A stretch of DNA of 64,000 nt from Octopus vulgaris (GCA_951406725.2 OX597825.1:32922001-32986000), one strand, 5' to 3'; counted from the first letter of the stretch, positions 12,406 through 28,229 are shown. Translations and numbers: made by a program. Notes: generated from the letters alone by a model not told the origin.

Positions 12406-15400
12406 AAATATATATATATATGTCGGGCTTCTTTTAGTTTCCTTCTATCAAATGCACTTTGGTCATTCCGAGGCTATAGTAGAAACCGCTTGCCAGAGGT
12501 AGCATGCAGTGGCAGTGAAACCAGAACCATGAGGTTGAGAAGCAAATTCTTACCACACAGCGCACCTAAGCCTCTTGGGAAATATATGTAATATAACATA
12601 ATATAACATAATATAATATAATATAACATTATATAACATAATATAATTTAATATAGCATGATATAATATAACAATATAATATAATATAAATGAGAGATGC
12701 GATATGATGTTTTAGTGGGATTTGCTCTTCATTCATGGTTAGCATATCGACTTGATGCAATTCGAATTGGTATCAATGGTTAGAATCATGAAACTCTGGA
12801 CTCTGAACATCATTCTAAACTTTTATGCGTTTAGTTTTCCGGCATGGAAGCCATTGAAATGGTTTTATAGATTTATGAGAGCTTAAGATATACCATTTAA
12901 ATTTAAATTCATTGAGATGAAGATGAACATCATAAGGAATTTCAATGCTGGCTTACAGAGATATTGAGAAGTACGGAATTATCACAGTCGAACTGGTATT
13001 AGCAGAATGAATGCTAACGCCCTCTGCAACTCTGATCTTCAATAATCAGTCGTTAATACATATTCTCATCAATGTTTCATAGGCAAAGTAACTTCGATAC
13101 ACCCGCAGTTAAGAATGCGATATTTTATGAACTACAGCATTGTTCGAAAGTTGCATATGAAAGATTTAAGAAGAATTAGAATATGCGCTGCTGTTCGTGG
13201 CATCATCTGCTTCGCTGACAGTGAATTTGTAAATTTTGAATAGTGATTTAACGGTTCGTAAAAATCAAAATTTCTGTTCTCTAGTCTTGATATTTCTATG
13301 CTGATATATTTTTTTTATAGCATTCAATCTCAGAAACACCGACGTAGAAACTCAGTTCATCATACATTTGATGGTTTTCAAAGAAAAGGCTAACGAAATA
13401 ATCTATAGAATCCTAGTTCTGAATGTGAAAGTGAATAAAAGAAATAGAAATGTGTCAAATGAAAATAGCGAGGTTACAAATTAAGCGTCACTTCTAACAA
13501 AAAAAAATGCCAAATCTAAATCTCTCGTTATTAATGACATGTTGAGAATTTCCTCGAGGGCAAGTATTGGCCTTTCATTATGAACTCGGAACTTTGAAAC
13601 TTAATGTAGAGTCAAAAAGGTTTCCTGAAATTCAGGCAGTTATTCGCAGGAGAGTCTATAAGGTTATATACGATCACTTGCAAAACGTATTTGCTCCACA
13701 TTTTTTTTCTATTCAATTCTCATTACAAAAGGAAAATTTATAATAATCTATTCGTGTCCGGAGATCATGAGAAAGAGTTGCACACTCTCAAGTGCCTTTG
13801 TAAACCGATCTTTGACGTTACAGAGCTTTTCTTCTTTTCTTCTTGTCTGTGATTTGTACTTTTACAATGAGAATCAGTCCAGCGCAATCCGATCTCACTC
13901 TTTAGACTTAGAGATCTGATGACAATGGCTCAGCGGATAAGACGGCTGCGGTGACTAGCAAGTGTGGGTTTTACATGAGAGTGTCCTTTTCCTAGGTAGA
14001 TTTACAGGGCCGGATAGCTCCACCCTGACTGGAGTTGTTGAAAGGGTGTTAAAGAAGGCAAGAACCGTCTAATGGACTGCCTTCCTTGGTTTGCTGTCGA
14101 GGTTAACTCCGCTAACCATTTTCTTTCCCAAGGCACTCACAAAGCAGTAACGATTTATGATTGCAGTTCCTTCCATAAAATACTTGTTAAGCCATAGCTG
14201 GGGCCCTGACATATGATAGGTCAATAGTGGCTAAGGTGTGGTTCCACATTCCTCAAAACTCATGGACTCCCAAGCCAAGGCCTCAATACCGAAAGCAGTT
14301 CAAAGTCATCTCAGGACAAAAGAAAACTAATCTCATTAAATAACCTTTTAATGAATCATTGGACGTAACATTTAACACGTGGGTTCTATATTAACTCGCT
14401 TGTTAAAGAGATAACTCGCTTAATTAACTGGATTCTGTTCCTAGTAACAACAGAAATAACAACAAAAAAATCAAGTTAATAAGTGCTCTCAGATAAATTC
14501 AAAACGTTTAGAGTTATCGGATATAAAGGTATATAAGCTGAACTATAGTAAAATAGTGCTTTATATATGATTATTAGGACTGTGTTTATTTTCGGATCAT
14601 TTAGAAGCGTGATGGTAAATACTGAAGTTTCAGAATTACTTTCGTTCTAGAAGGAAAACTTCCTTCAGAAATTTTTTTCCCCTCAATTCGTTTAACAACT
14701 TCTAAACTAATGCCTGCGTCACAAGGGTTCTAAAGATGCAAATGACATTTTATTCACAAGACAATTAGTGTTATGATATAGTGGGAAACACCATCTGCTA
14801 TACAAAGCATTTCTTTATCTCTTAAAGGTTCATATGAAAGATACTTGGAGAGAGTAAATAGATTTGACTTACTTCCACTAGCACGCACAAAATATGAAAC
14901 GTTGATATGTTTTCAAAGCATCAGGTTTACTTCCCTTTATAGTGGGCCATAGTGGGACATAGTAGCACGCCGAACAAAATTCTTAGCGCCATTTCGTCTT
15001 TCACATCCTGAGTTCAAATTCCGTTGAGGTCGACTTTACCGTTCATCTTTTGTGGTCGATAAAATAAGTACCAGTTGAGCACTGAGGTAGATGTGATTAA
15101 CTTACCCCCTCTCCAAAATTGCTGGCCTTGTGCCAAAATTTGAAGCCAATATTTTAACACGCTCTCTTGAGAAATCTAATACCGGTAACTATATTCTCTC
15201 TGTAAAATTATCCGCCTACATGTAGTCGCGACTATCACTAATTCATTCATCACTGATCCGCGATAAGGTACGTTCAATTGTGAACCATTTTACGTTTCGG
15301 CAAACTGTGTGTACCGCAAAAATGCGCCCCAGCGACCACCCAGAATGCACTGACAATCACTTGTGTTTACATGACAGAGCCGGGACGCTGCCTACTTTTT

Positions 15401-15489
15401 ATACGGATTTACGTCCTTGTACCCATCGACATAGGGCCAATGAAGAGAAATAATACGAAGGTTCCTATTCATCACAAATGACGCAGACG

Positions 15490-15612
15490 AGTATATTCCT
15501 TATAAGAAAAGGAAGAGATGGCCAAGGAAATCGTGACGCTGCTGTGACCAACGAGTTTGGTGTCGCTGGATCTACCGTTCGTTCCATTTCCAAAGAACGT
15601 CGAGATGATTCA
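15490..15612 (+). mobile_element. pogo/Tigger-like (CENP-B N-terminal HTH) transposase remnant
   Basis: Reads ..NEFGVAGSTVRSISKER.., which resembles the psq-type HTH of Tigger transposases. Confidence 0.4.
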
Positions 15613-15754
15613 TTTATTGCTGAGTAATCTATTATGGGTTTTTTTTATCAAACCTCCGTCATAAACAAAAGAAATATATGTACCTCGTTTATATACACGG
15701 TCCAACATACTTATTGCGGATGATGTTGTGATGTCCACCCCGAAGACACAAATG

Positions 15755-16070
15755 TTCTGACTTTTGAATGTGATTCTTAAATAATCAATCCCCTTAAACG
15801 AACGATGGATTATTCCGTCTTTGGAAAGTAAATCAACATTTAATTCTCCCAATAAAAAGAAATACTCGAATAATTATTTCATCTACTGACAAAATCCACT
15901 CCTGAACTGTTCCATTTCTAAGAATTCAAGTAGATGCAACTCCAGTTCTACTCAACCAAAGAAACTTGCATTCTAACCGTCCAGGTTTATTTTATGGACA
16001 ATGTTTTGAAATTTGTGGGGCTAACCACTCATTTACATCAGTTAATCTTGAAAGTGTAAATATAATACAA
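15755..16070 (+). pseudogene. cox2: NUMT: nuclear copy of the 3' half of mitochondrial cox2
   Basis: In the invertebrate mitochondrial code: [54 protein letters not shown]; in-frame TGA read as Trp; CuA motif recognisable but decayed. Confidence 0.92.
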
Positions 16071-17037
16071 AAGCTTACAGACCCCTTCTTTAAAATACAC
16101 CTTGTACTAAGCTTAATAGTTAGTAACAGGATATTCTTACATCGATCACAATATTTATATCCTCGGAAACTGGTGAGATATCGGATCATTTGAGTATCAT
16201 GGGTTTCATATTAATATGAATACTTTAATAGAGTTAGAAATAAATGCTAGAGTAAGAAATGTATTATAGCTTTTGGAAAATTCGAAAAAAAAATGAGTCT
16301 CGTCAGATCATGATCTAGCACTTAAAACAAAAATTTTATCTTTATTGTAAATTTATTCCCAATAATCTTCCAGAAATTTTATATTCATTCTAAACGTGAA
16401 CATATACTTGTCGGAATGGAAAAGTTATTGAGAGATTCCAACAGAATTGTTAATGCTCGCTTCTCAAGATATCGCTAGAGAGTTCTATGCCGGAAACATC
16501 TGTCACAGCTAATAATGAGTACCGTATTCGATGAAATCAAACGCGCTAGTTCGGACATCTTGTCAGTAAGGATAGTTCTAGAATTCTGAAACATTTCTTT
16601 TTTTTCTTTTTTGCGAAGAATTTAGTGGAAAGCAGCTTTCACTTTAGAAGAAAAATCTAATGAAAGACTGTATGAAAGAAACTCCCAAATGAAGAAGCAC
16701 AAAACTCAAATGGTGGGGAGAGATTTCAGAACGGAGATAAGTGGTGAAATAAATTTATGAACGAATGAGATATCTTTGAAAAACAATTGGTTGGGTTATG
16801 AAAAAATGAAAAAATAGATGCGAATAAAATAGAAAACATCAATATATTAATGGAGACAAGGCGTAGGGGAATAATTCTATTTTCGAAAAACAGGTTTGGT
16901 GGTATATCAGAAAACACATTAAGGAACCTCATAAAAAATATCTGTGCCACCATCATCATCTTCGTTGTCATCATTATCGCCAACATCTGCCTTATCCTCA
17001 TCTTCATCGTCGTCTTTGTCGTCGTCGTCATCACCAC

Positions 17038-17080
<43 letters not shown>

Positions 17081-17334
17081 TGTACTACTGTACTACAAAA
17101 CCGGCAATTTTTTTGCTGGTCTTAAAAACTCTGGACCTTTCCACCAATTTAGGCTTCCGATAGAGAAAGTCCTGCTGTGAAGGATACGGTCGTACTTTCA
17201 GGCATATGACATGCAGATAAGCAGCCATATTTGACACTCAAATCTGCTTACATTGACTACATAGACATAAACAGTGCAAGGGAAGGAGAGAAGAGTACAA
17301 GACAATATAGAAGTGTAGATACAGACAGACAGAC

Positions 17335-17412
<78 letters not shown>

Positions 17413-17575
17413 GGATAGATAGATATGAGCAGGTATGGCCGTGTAGTTAAGAAGGTTACTTTGCACCCACATTGTTAGGAGTTCAGTCCCACAGCGAGGC
17501 ATTTTTACCATAGCAACCGAACCGGGGCCAATGCCTAGTAAATTTGGTAGACGAAAATTGTCCGGGAGTCTGTCA

Positions 17576-17623
<48 letters not shown>

Positions 17624-17759
17624 AGTGTATAAATATATACACATGCAAAACATAAATACATACGTACATGCATAAGTATTCTTAGGTTTATGCAATATAA
17701 GCACCGTGTTTACATTCGTATACGTATTTAAAGATATATATACACATATGCGTAAGTCT

Positions 17760-17888
17760 ATGCATATATACATACGTACGTACATACATACATACATATA
17801 TACATACATACATACACACATACATACATACATACATACATACACACATACATACATACATACATAAATACATACATACATACACACA

Positions 17889-17922
<34 letters not shown>

Positions 17923-18161
17923 CATACATACATACGTACGTACATACATACATACATACATACATACATACATACATACACACATACACACATACATACA
18001 TACATACACACATACATACATACATACATACATACATACATACATACTCACATACACACATACATACATACATTCATACATACATACATACATACATACA
18101 TACATACATACATACAAACATACATACATACAAACATACATACATACATACATACATACAT

Positions 18162-18196
<35 letters not shown>

Positions 18197-18347
18197 TACA
18201 TACATACACACACACACATACATACATACACACACACACACACGCACATACATACATACATACATACACACATACACTCATACATACATACATACATACA
18301 TACATACATACATACATACATTCATACATACATACACACACACACAC

Positions 18348-18422
<75 letters not shown>

Positions 18423-18540
18423 TACATACATACATACATACATACATACATACATACATACACACATACACACATACATACATACATACATACATACATA
18501 CATACATACATACATACATACATACATACATACATACATG
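17760..18540. repeat. Long (TACA)n/(CA)n microsatellite, representative of dozens of TA, CA, TACA, GATA and TAGG tracts in the window
   Basis: Direct inspection. Confidence 0.98.
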
Positions 18541-19204
18541 GGGCTATGTACGTATTTCTGTGCGCTTTCTGTTTACGATCTCACCTGTTTTTCAGCGTCC
18601 TTCCGTGGCAGTCTTGTTTTTCATATGACTATGTTTGTATTAGTATACACATGTGTATTTCCATCAATGACGTTTCCGGCCAGATAACAAACACCGGTTG
18701 AGGCAGACGCATAGCAATGGAAGACAACATCAGAATGTTTACGCCAGAGAAGCTATATAACAGAAGAATATATTGGTATTTTATTCCTCTGAGTTGTACT
18801 TACATGGGGCTTAGTACTCTAGTAGCAACAATAACATAATACAATAAAGGGATTAATAGAATTTCGCTTAAGTGGAATGAGCAAAGACTTTATTCTATTA
18901 AGAGATTATCTACAGAAGAAAATATAGTTTACAGTCATTGGAAAACTTCAGGATGGCGGTTCAACTTCCTTTTTTTTTTGTGTATTTTGTTGTATTTTAG
19001 CTTTTATGGGTTTCTGTCTTTTCCTATCCGTTCCTATAAACATATATTGATAGATCTATCTACCTTTCTATGTCTGTTTGTCTGACTGTCTGTCTGTCTT
19101 TTTGTATGTATGTATGTATGAATGTATGCATACATATATGTAGATATGTGTAGATTATGAATAATTGTTTATATACATACATATATATGTGAGTGTATGT
19201 ATAT

Positions 19205-19244
<40 letters not shown>

Positions 19245-19357
19245 ATATATGTACATATATATATATATATGTATGTATATATATATATATATATGTATGT
19301 ATATATATATATATGTATATATATATATAAATATAAGTATATATATGTATATATATA

Positions 19358-19416
<59 letters not shown>

Positions 19417-20251
19417 GTATGTATATATATATATATGTATATATGTATATATATATTCATACATACATACGTAATTATGCTTATGCAATATAGGTACCGA
19501 GTTTACATTCGTATATGTATTTAAAGATGTGTATGTACATATATGTACGTGTACACACACACACACACACATACATACACACACACACACACACATACAC
19601 ACACACACATACACACACACACACTCAATGTAATAAAAACAGTGTTTTTGCACTATCTGTATAATAGTGATGTTATCTTTCTTACATCCGCAATATATAC
19701 GACAAGTCACAATATGTTTTCCAGTATGCGCCTACCTCTGTGTATGCGTATTACTAGGCATGTGTCTGTATAGTTGCGTATGTACATAGGTGCATGGTAC
19801 ATACGTGGGTGTTTCCGTTCTGGGAACAATATGCTCATGCGTACAGAAATTACCATTTCCCTGTCTAAGCTCCTCATTCATAATATATGTTTGATCTTTC
19901 CGCTTCAAACTGATGTTGCTTGCTTGTTTCTTAAATATCACAAAACAAATGTGAGCATAACGACGTCTAGACTTTATAGCTTCTGGTGCACACATTAATA
20001 AAAATAAAATTTTAAACAAAAAGCTGTGCAAAGCATTGTCAAGTTTTATAACCTAGGGACCTGCAGGATAATTTTTACGGATGTGATTCTCAAATAATAT
20101 TTTCTATAAATATCGGGTCCATGATTCTTGAATATATCCTGTTAGGGACAAAAAAACTTACTTTCATCGTTGCAGTCGTACAGAGCGATATGTATATTTC
20201 ACTTGCGAAAATTGATCTTTTAGTCAATATATTTGCGTATGTGTGTGTATA

Positions 20252-20287
<36 letters not shown>

Positions 20288-20640
20288 TGTATGTATGTAT
20301 GTATGTACGTGCGTACGTATGTATAACACTATTCCACATATACAAAAACAGCCATACCAACAATCCGACATACCTCCATCATCAGCTGCCCCACGGATAT
20401 CATTATTGTTTCGACACCTGGGCAGTACCATTCAATCCGACGGTGTCAACAGTACTAAAAGAAGTGTTGTTTGGGAACAAACATACCAAAAAAGCCCACA
20501 ACTTTCAAACACATTTACCCTATTTACAACAATATTCAATCTAAATATAGGTAGGATTAAACACTATATATATCTTCACATATATACATACATATATACA
20601 TGTATATATATTCATATATATATATATATATGCACATGTT

Positions 20641-20676
<36 letters not shown>

Positions 20677-21107
20677 TGTATACTTATATGTGTGTGTGTG
20701 TATATATATATGTATATATATGTGTGTGTGTGTTTACATACATATATATACATTGTATATATACATATGAATGTGTGTGTGTGTATAAATTAGCAAGTTG
20801 ACAACTGGTGTTGCTTTGTTTACGTCCCCATAATCTAGCAGTTCGTCAAAAGATGCCGATAGAATAAGTACCAGGATTAAAGCAAAGTTAGTACTGGGAT
20901 CGATTTGTTCGACTATGATCCTTCAAAGTAGTGCTCCAGCATGGCCGCAGCCCGATCACTGAAACAAATAAAAGATAAATGAAAATGTTGGGGACAAATT
21001 AGGTACGATAGTCCTGGACAAGCAGTGGACGAGGTGGTCATGGCTGGAATGGATTTTACCATAGATCTGCTTAGTTAGGATTTACCTTGGGTTAAACAAC
21101 CGAAGAA

Positions 21108-21320
21108 AGGCGGCGAGCTGGCAGAAACGTTAGCACGCCGGGTGAAATGCTTAGCAGTATTTCGTCAGTCTTTACGTTCTGGGTTCAAATCCCGCCGAGG
21201 TCGACTTTGCCTTTCATCCTTTCGGGATCGATAAATTAAGTACCTGTTGCGTACTGGGGTCGATCTAATCGACTGGGCCCCACCCCAAAAATTTGGGGCC
21301 TTGTGCCTAGAGTAGAAAAT
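21108..21320 (+). mobile_element. tRNA-derived SINE family 2
   Basis: GGCGAGCTGGCAGAAACGTTAGC..GGTTCAAATCCC..GTCGACTTTGCCTTTCATCCTTTCGGG. Other copies near 14950, 21505 (-), 29255, 38055 (-), 43550 (-), 45123 and 55565. Confidence 0.85.
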
Positions 21321-22002
21321 AATTCTGGATACAAAGTGTCCTAAAGCTAGAAGAAATGAATGAACATAGCTGGGATGCCATTCGAACAATTGGTAAGATT
21401 AGAACACAGAACGTAAAGAGTCGGAATAAATACAGCAAGGCACTTTATCAACGCTTTAATGATTGTGCTAGATTTTCTACTGATGAAGCTGACAATAATT
21501 CTTCCTACTATAGGCACAAGGCCTGAAAGTTTTCGAGGAGATAGCTTCTCGGTTACACCGATCCCTTGAGTTCAAGTAGTACTCATTTTATCGGCCTCGG
21601 AAGATAATAGGCAAAGCCGACCTCGACGGAGCTTGAACTCTGAACATAAGAATGGTCGAAATTCCACTAAGCATTTTCTCCGGGATGTTATCGATTCTAC
21701 CAGTTCGCCTTCCGATTAGTCTAATATTAATAACATCAGACAGGTGCGCTTTGCTATGCCATGATAACAATTTACAAGTAAGGAGAACTGGTTTTTCGAC
21801 AGTCTGCTATCTTTACTATAAAAGCGATGCTGTACTGTGGAATACAAATAGTCTACTGTCTTTGGTCAGAAAACCAATAACATATCGATTGGTTCCGTTC
21901 TTTCTTACAGTGCTACTCTGGTATAGATGAACTAAATGTTGGCTGTTCCAAGAATATATCATCTCTCACTGGTTATTAAAATGGTTCCTCAGAAAATCGT
22001 TT

Positions 22003-22925
<923 letters not shown>

Positions 22926-23666
22926 GGACGGATAGAGAGAGAGATACAGTCAATCAGACTGGAAATCAGACAAACAGACAAAGTATACTATCTTTACACT
23001 CTTGGAAATCAGAACCAATCCAGGGTGTTTTCATTATAATTTTGTATCAGAAATAAAATACAAAAGAAATCTCCAAGAGAGGTGAACGAAATTAATTAAA
23101 TCCTTGTCGGCACATGATACTGAATCTAAATATTTGCCGTGCCTGCAGTTTTGGAATTTTATCACTAGACGAATATTGGTAGTGTTGGCAACGAATATGG
23201 ATTCTCTTCTCATTTTGATGCCAGTCTAAAAAGAAATCAATGAATGCTGCGCGAACAAGGAATTTTCTACGTGACTTTGTAGTAATATTTCGTACTTAGC
23301 AACTGTGGAAGTTCTTATCTCTCCCTTTAACCCTTTCTGTTACTTCTCTTTCTCTTCTCTCTCTTTCCCTCTTTGTCTCTCTCTTCTTCATTCTTTCTCT
23401 CTTTCTCTTTCTCTCTCGCGCGTCTCTTTTATTTATCTTACACTCTAAACAAGAATTTTGGGAAAACATACACAGCAAGCTTTCCAGTCATTTCCCCCCT
23501 CCACTCTCACCCTAATCAATTATTCGCCAATTAGGGCTGACAGGGAATAAACTGGTAATATTATTCCTAAGTATGCAGTTCTGTATTCAACAACATTCCT
23601 AAAATAGTTAAACTGTTAAACTTTATAAACGCACAAAACATCATAATAACCTCTTCATAAGCATAT

Positions 23667-23755
<89 letters not shown>

Positions 23756-23807
23756 TTCGTTTTTGGCTTTGGTTTGCAAGATCTTTATATGAGTTCTTTA
23801 TATAAGC

Positions 23808-23933
23808 ATATTCTGTTGTGTCTGGGGAGAGTCATTTTCTTTTTGTGCCTTATAATGTAACACACTCGCCGCGGTGAGTGTTACACTATAAGGCACAAAA
23901 AGAAAAGGACTCTCCTCAGACACAACAGTATAT
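23808..23933. repeat. Near-perfect ~60-bp-arm palindrome with almost no loop
   Basis: ctgttgtgtctggggagagtc..ttctttttgtgccttata pairs with tataaggcacaaaaagaaa..gactctcctcagacacaacag; apex CACTCGCCgcGGTGAGTG. Confidence 0.9.
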
Positions 23934-24037
23934 ATATATATATGTATGTATGTATGCATGTATGTATGTATGTAAAAATATGTATGTGTGTGTCTGTGTC
24001 TGTGTCTGTGTCTGTATGTGTCTGTGTCTATGTGTGT

Positions 24038-24500
24038 ATAGTGATAATAGCAATAATCCCTGGATAGAATTTATAAACATTTAACGCATCGCTACGCGCA
24101 CACCCACGAATTACATGTCTCTTCAGATCACAGTCCGTATTCCTGAGATGATTACAGTATGGTCCCGTAGTATCCGTGGGCGTCGGGTAGATCAGCTTCA
24201 TGCATTCATTTCTTCAGACGATATAACATTAATGGACGTTTAAGAGAGGGTTATTAAACCAACCTTCTCACCACCAAAAGGGATAACCAACCCTCTGTTA
24301 AATACCCATTAATGTTATATCGCCTGAAGAAGTGAATCCATGAAGATGATCTACCCGATGCCTAAGGATACTACCGACTACACTGTAATTATTCCAGGAA
24401 TACGGACTGTGATCTGATGAGATGTGATTTGTGGATATGCACGTATCGACGCATTAAATGTTTATAAATTTCACTCAAGGATTATTGATGGTATTACTAT
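24038..24500. mobile_element. Fold-back element with ~210-bp diverged inverted arms
   Basis: 24038-24252 pairs with 24289-24500, e.g. cagatcacagtccgtattcctg / caggaatacggactgtgatctg. Confidence 0.85.
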
Positions 24501-24769
24501 ATTTATCCTACATCATATCGGTATAGATCGATGCAGCTCCAAATAACTGGCTCACAAGTCAGCATCATTAGACTGTGGCCGGCATAATTAAATAGGAGCT
24601 GTATTTGCATATTCAAAACGATTCCCGTTAACAAATTTTAAAAGATATATATATCCATATATATATATAGGGAGAGTTTAAGGAAAAAACAAAAGACGAA
24701 GACAGGCGGTGTACAAAACAAACAGATGTATTAGTATAACGCTCAGAAATAGAAAATGTCTTTATATAC

Positions 24770-24836
<67 letters not shown>

Positions 24837-26204
24837 AATATATATATATATGTGTATATGGATATGTGTGTGTGTCAACATATACGAAGATGCGAGTCTC
24901 AAGCGCTCTCTCTTTCTCCTCTCTCTCTCTCTCTCTCTCTCTCCCTCTGACACACAGACAAAAAAGAAAGATGAAGAGAGAAAAAACAAGAGCGGCACAC
25001 ACCTACGTATTCTGTGATCAGCTGAAAAAAGACGAAACGAATACATTAGTTCCTTTTGATTGACCATAAAAGTCAATACATTCCACAGGAATAAAAAGAA
25101 ATAAAACAAATGAATATTCCAGCTTCTCTAAGAAAGTTTAAATAAAAACCAGTGTCAATAGACTGTTATAAGACTGTTGTTAGAATATTATTATTGAATA
25201 AAACACCCAAAGAATTCCGCGTTCGATTGTCCAAATGCTGTAGAGAAAAGCATCTTTCATTCAATTATTCCCAATTGTATCTTTAATTAGGTGACAATGA
25301 ACAGTTAGGGTGGGGAGAGCGCTGGTAAAGCGTGTACTTAGGAGAAAGTGCTGTGTTTGTATATGCGAAAGGGTGGGGTATATTTTAGTAAAGTGAATAT
25401 TTGGCATAAAGAGTCTCTTTATAGCTCAATGTGTTTATGAATGGTATCAATTCATATCTTCATTGCGTTTCATTGTTTTGTATATTAGACAGACACGATG
25501 TCACAATATGCTTGAGTCTGCATGTGGGGTTGGTCGAGTGAAATGCAACACCTCTCTTTCATTGGTGAATGAGAGTATGTTCTTATGTATATGTGTGAGT
25601 GTTTCTTTGCGTGTCTATGTACACGTATGTGTGTTTGTATGTGTTTGTCTGTTTTTTCTTCTGTGTGTTTTCATATCAATATATTTTGTTTTTCTGAGGC
25701 GAAGTATTTTTGTCGCCTTTTATTTCCTTTTTTAGTTTCCTAGTTGTAAATTTCGATTCATCGATGTGTATGTACAGATCCAGTATGTGTAAACGAATAT
25801 ATTTATGAGAGTCTGTGTGTGTATGTGATTCTGTGCATATGTAGACATACACACACATACATATATATATATTTACACATTCAAGAAAGAAATATATGTA
25901 GGCATGTAAGTATATACGTATCTATTTGCAGATAAATATGTACGTATTTAAGTATGCGCATACATATGTATATACATGGGTAAATATGAATTATAAATGT
26001 ATGAACATATTGTCCTATACACCCAGCAGAATTTAGTAGATAAGCACTCATATATTATATATCTGTATGAAAGATAAATTACAACTATCAATAATGCAAG
26101 ATTTACCTTTTATCAACTGTGAATAGGAAATTACAGGTTCTCCATCTTCTTACGTTATGTGCAATACATATATACACACACACGCATATACATATATATG
26201 TATG

Positions 26205-26300
<96 letters not shown>

Positions 26301-26337
26301 ATATATATATGTATATATATATATATATTTATATATG

Positions 26338-26373
<36 letters not shown>

Positions 26374-26376
<3 letters not shown>

Positions 26377-26939
26377 GCAGGAAGTAAATAGACACCTTTA
26401 ATTTTCAAAATCTTTTATTTGATAATAATTGGTTAAAGGAGAGGTTTTCTTCTAGCTGCTTGTCCATAATACACAAGCTTATGCAGATATGTAACACACG
26501 TTCTTGGACTAACTTCTAGCTGTTATGTAATGTCAAAAGCCTTCGAATAGGATTCGTTTTCCACAATTCTCTTCAAGCAGCGAAGCTTCCTTTCTGAGGG
26601 ACCAGGTCGGCCGGGACGAGAATCTGTTGATCCTTTTCCTTGGCTTCTGAATTACACTATAATTTTATTAAAGGTAGCAAGAGGAATTTGAATATTTTCG
26701 GCAATTTTTCGTTGGCTAAGACCCGTCTCATATTGCCCAGAAATACGACCTCTTTGAAAATCTGACAGTTCTGCTGAATTTTTCGTGCATGGCATGGCTA
26801 CTCTTCGCAAATATGTAATATAATGGCACCTGGAATGAAAAAGAATAATTAAATTGTAAATTATTCACCGCTGAAAATATATTAAGACGCTTAGATCAGA
26901 AATTTTGAAAATTAAAGGTGTCTATTTACTTCCTGCATG
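26374..26939 (-). mobile_element. Internally deleted Tc1-like transposon with perfect 37-bp TIRs
   Basis: TIR CATGCAGGAAGTAAATAGACACCTTTAATTTTCAAAA at both ends; 26795-26436 reads ELSDFQRGRI..GLSQRKIA..RPGRP..ARRKPLL (paired HTH) with two stops; no DDE domain. Confidence 0.92.
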
Positions 26940-27193
26940 TCATAGGGATTTTAGAAACATTCCAGAGGACTTGAAATACTTCATTTTTTGAATAGGGGAT
27001 TTCGAAGCACTTGACATAAAGCTCTAAACAATGGGTTGGGAATTCCTTTTGAATAGAATGATCGTTTTTGAACACAATATTTCCATACTGTTATTTATAA
27101 CTTCATCTTCCAATATGTTTATGTATATGTATACGTATATTTATATATATGTATGTATATATCTATATATATGTATATATCTCTCTCTATATA

Positions 27194-27377
<184 letters not shown>

Positions 27378-27505
27378 CGCAAGGTGCAGGAGTGTCTGTG
27401 CGGTAAGTAGTAGCCTGCTTACCAACCACATTGTTCCGGGTTCAGTCCCACTGCGTGGCACCTTGGGCAAAGTGTCTTCTACTACAGCCTTGGGCCGACT
27501 AAAGG

Positions 27506-27700
27506 CGAAAGAGTAGAGGGATAGAATAGTGGGAGAAGAGGAGGTAAAATGATAAGAGAAAGGAAGAGAGAAAACGAAAGAGTAAAGGGATAGAATAGTT
27601 GGAGAAGAGGAAGTAAAAGAATAGGAGAAAGGAAAAACGAAGGAGTAAATGAATAGCATAGTGGGAGAAGAGAGTAAAAACGAAAGAGTAATAGGAAGAA
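27506..27700. repeat. Purine-rich ~60-70-bp tandem repeat, 3 units
   Basis: CGAAAGAGTA.AGGGATAGAATAGT.GGAGAAGAGGA.GTAAAA repeated. Confidence 0.8.
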
Positions 27701-27748
27701 TAGAGTCGCATCAGAATTGTTAAGATAAAATGTATTTAGACAAGGATG

Positions 27749-27807
<59 letters not shown>

Positions 27808-28229
27808 AACTCATGCATATACATACATATATATATATTTATATACACACAAACACACATACATGTGTGTGTGTGTTTACGGGAAATATTTCTGTGTATG
27901 CACATATATTTGTAGCTCAGTGGTAGATCTGCTCTAAAACGCGTATATTTCTATCATCAAATTCACACCTCATTCCTGTAGGCATAGCTCGAATAACTAT
28001 CGTCTTCGTTAAGTTCATTCTGCATACTATAATATAGTGTAATATAATGTAATGATAAAATTATAATAATGCGGTGTCTAAATGGTTCAGTGAGTTACAG
28101 GTTTCACTGAAAGATGTATGTCTATTTCTCTGTTTTCCCTTCCATTTTTTATTTCCATTTGCAATCTTCGTGTAAGCGAGTGGCTTGTTTCTAGCAATAG
28201 CACAAAGCCCAAAAGCTGGAATGTAGATA

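Noticed and set aside
13870-14320. GC-richer segment resembling an old retroelement UTR
   Set aside because: No translatable motif or defined ends; cannot be classified by eye.
16150-16270. Possible mitochondrial tRNA remnant beside the NUMT
   Set aside because: Could not build a convincing cloverleaf.
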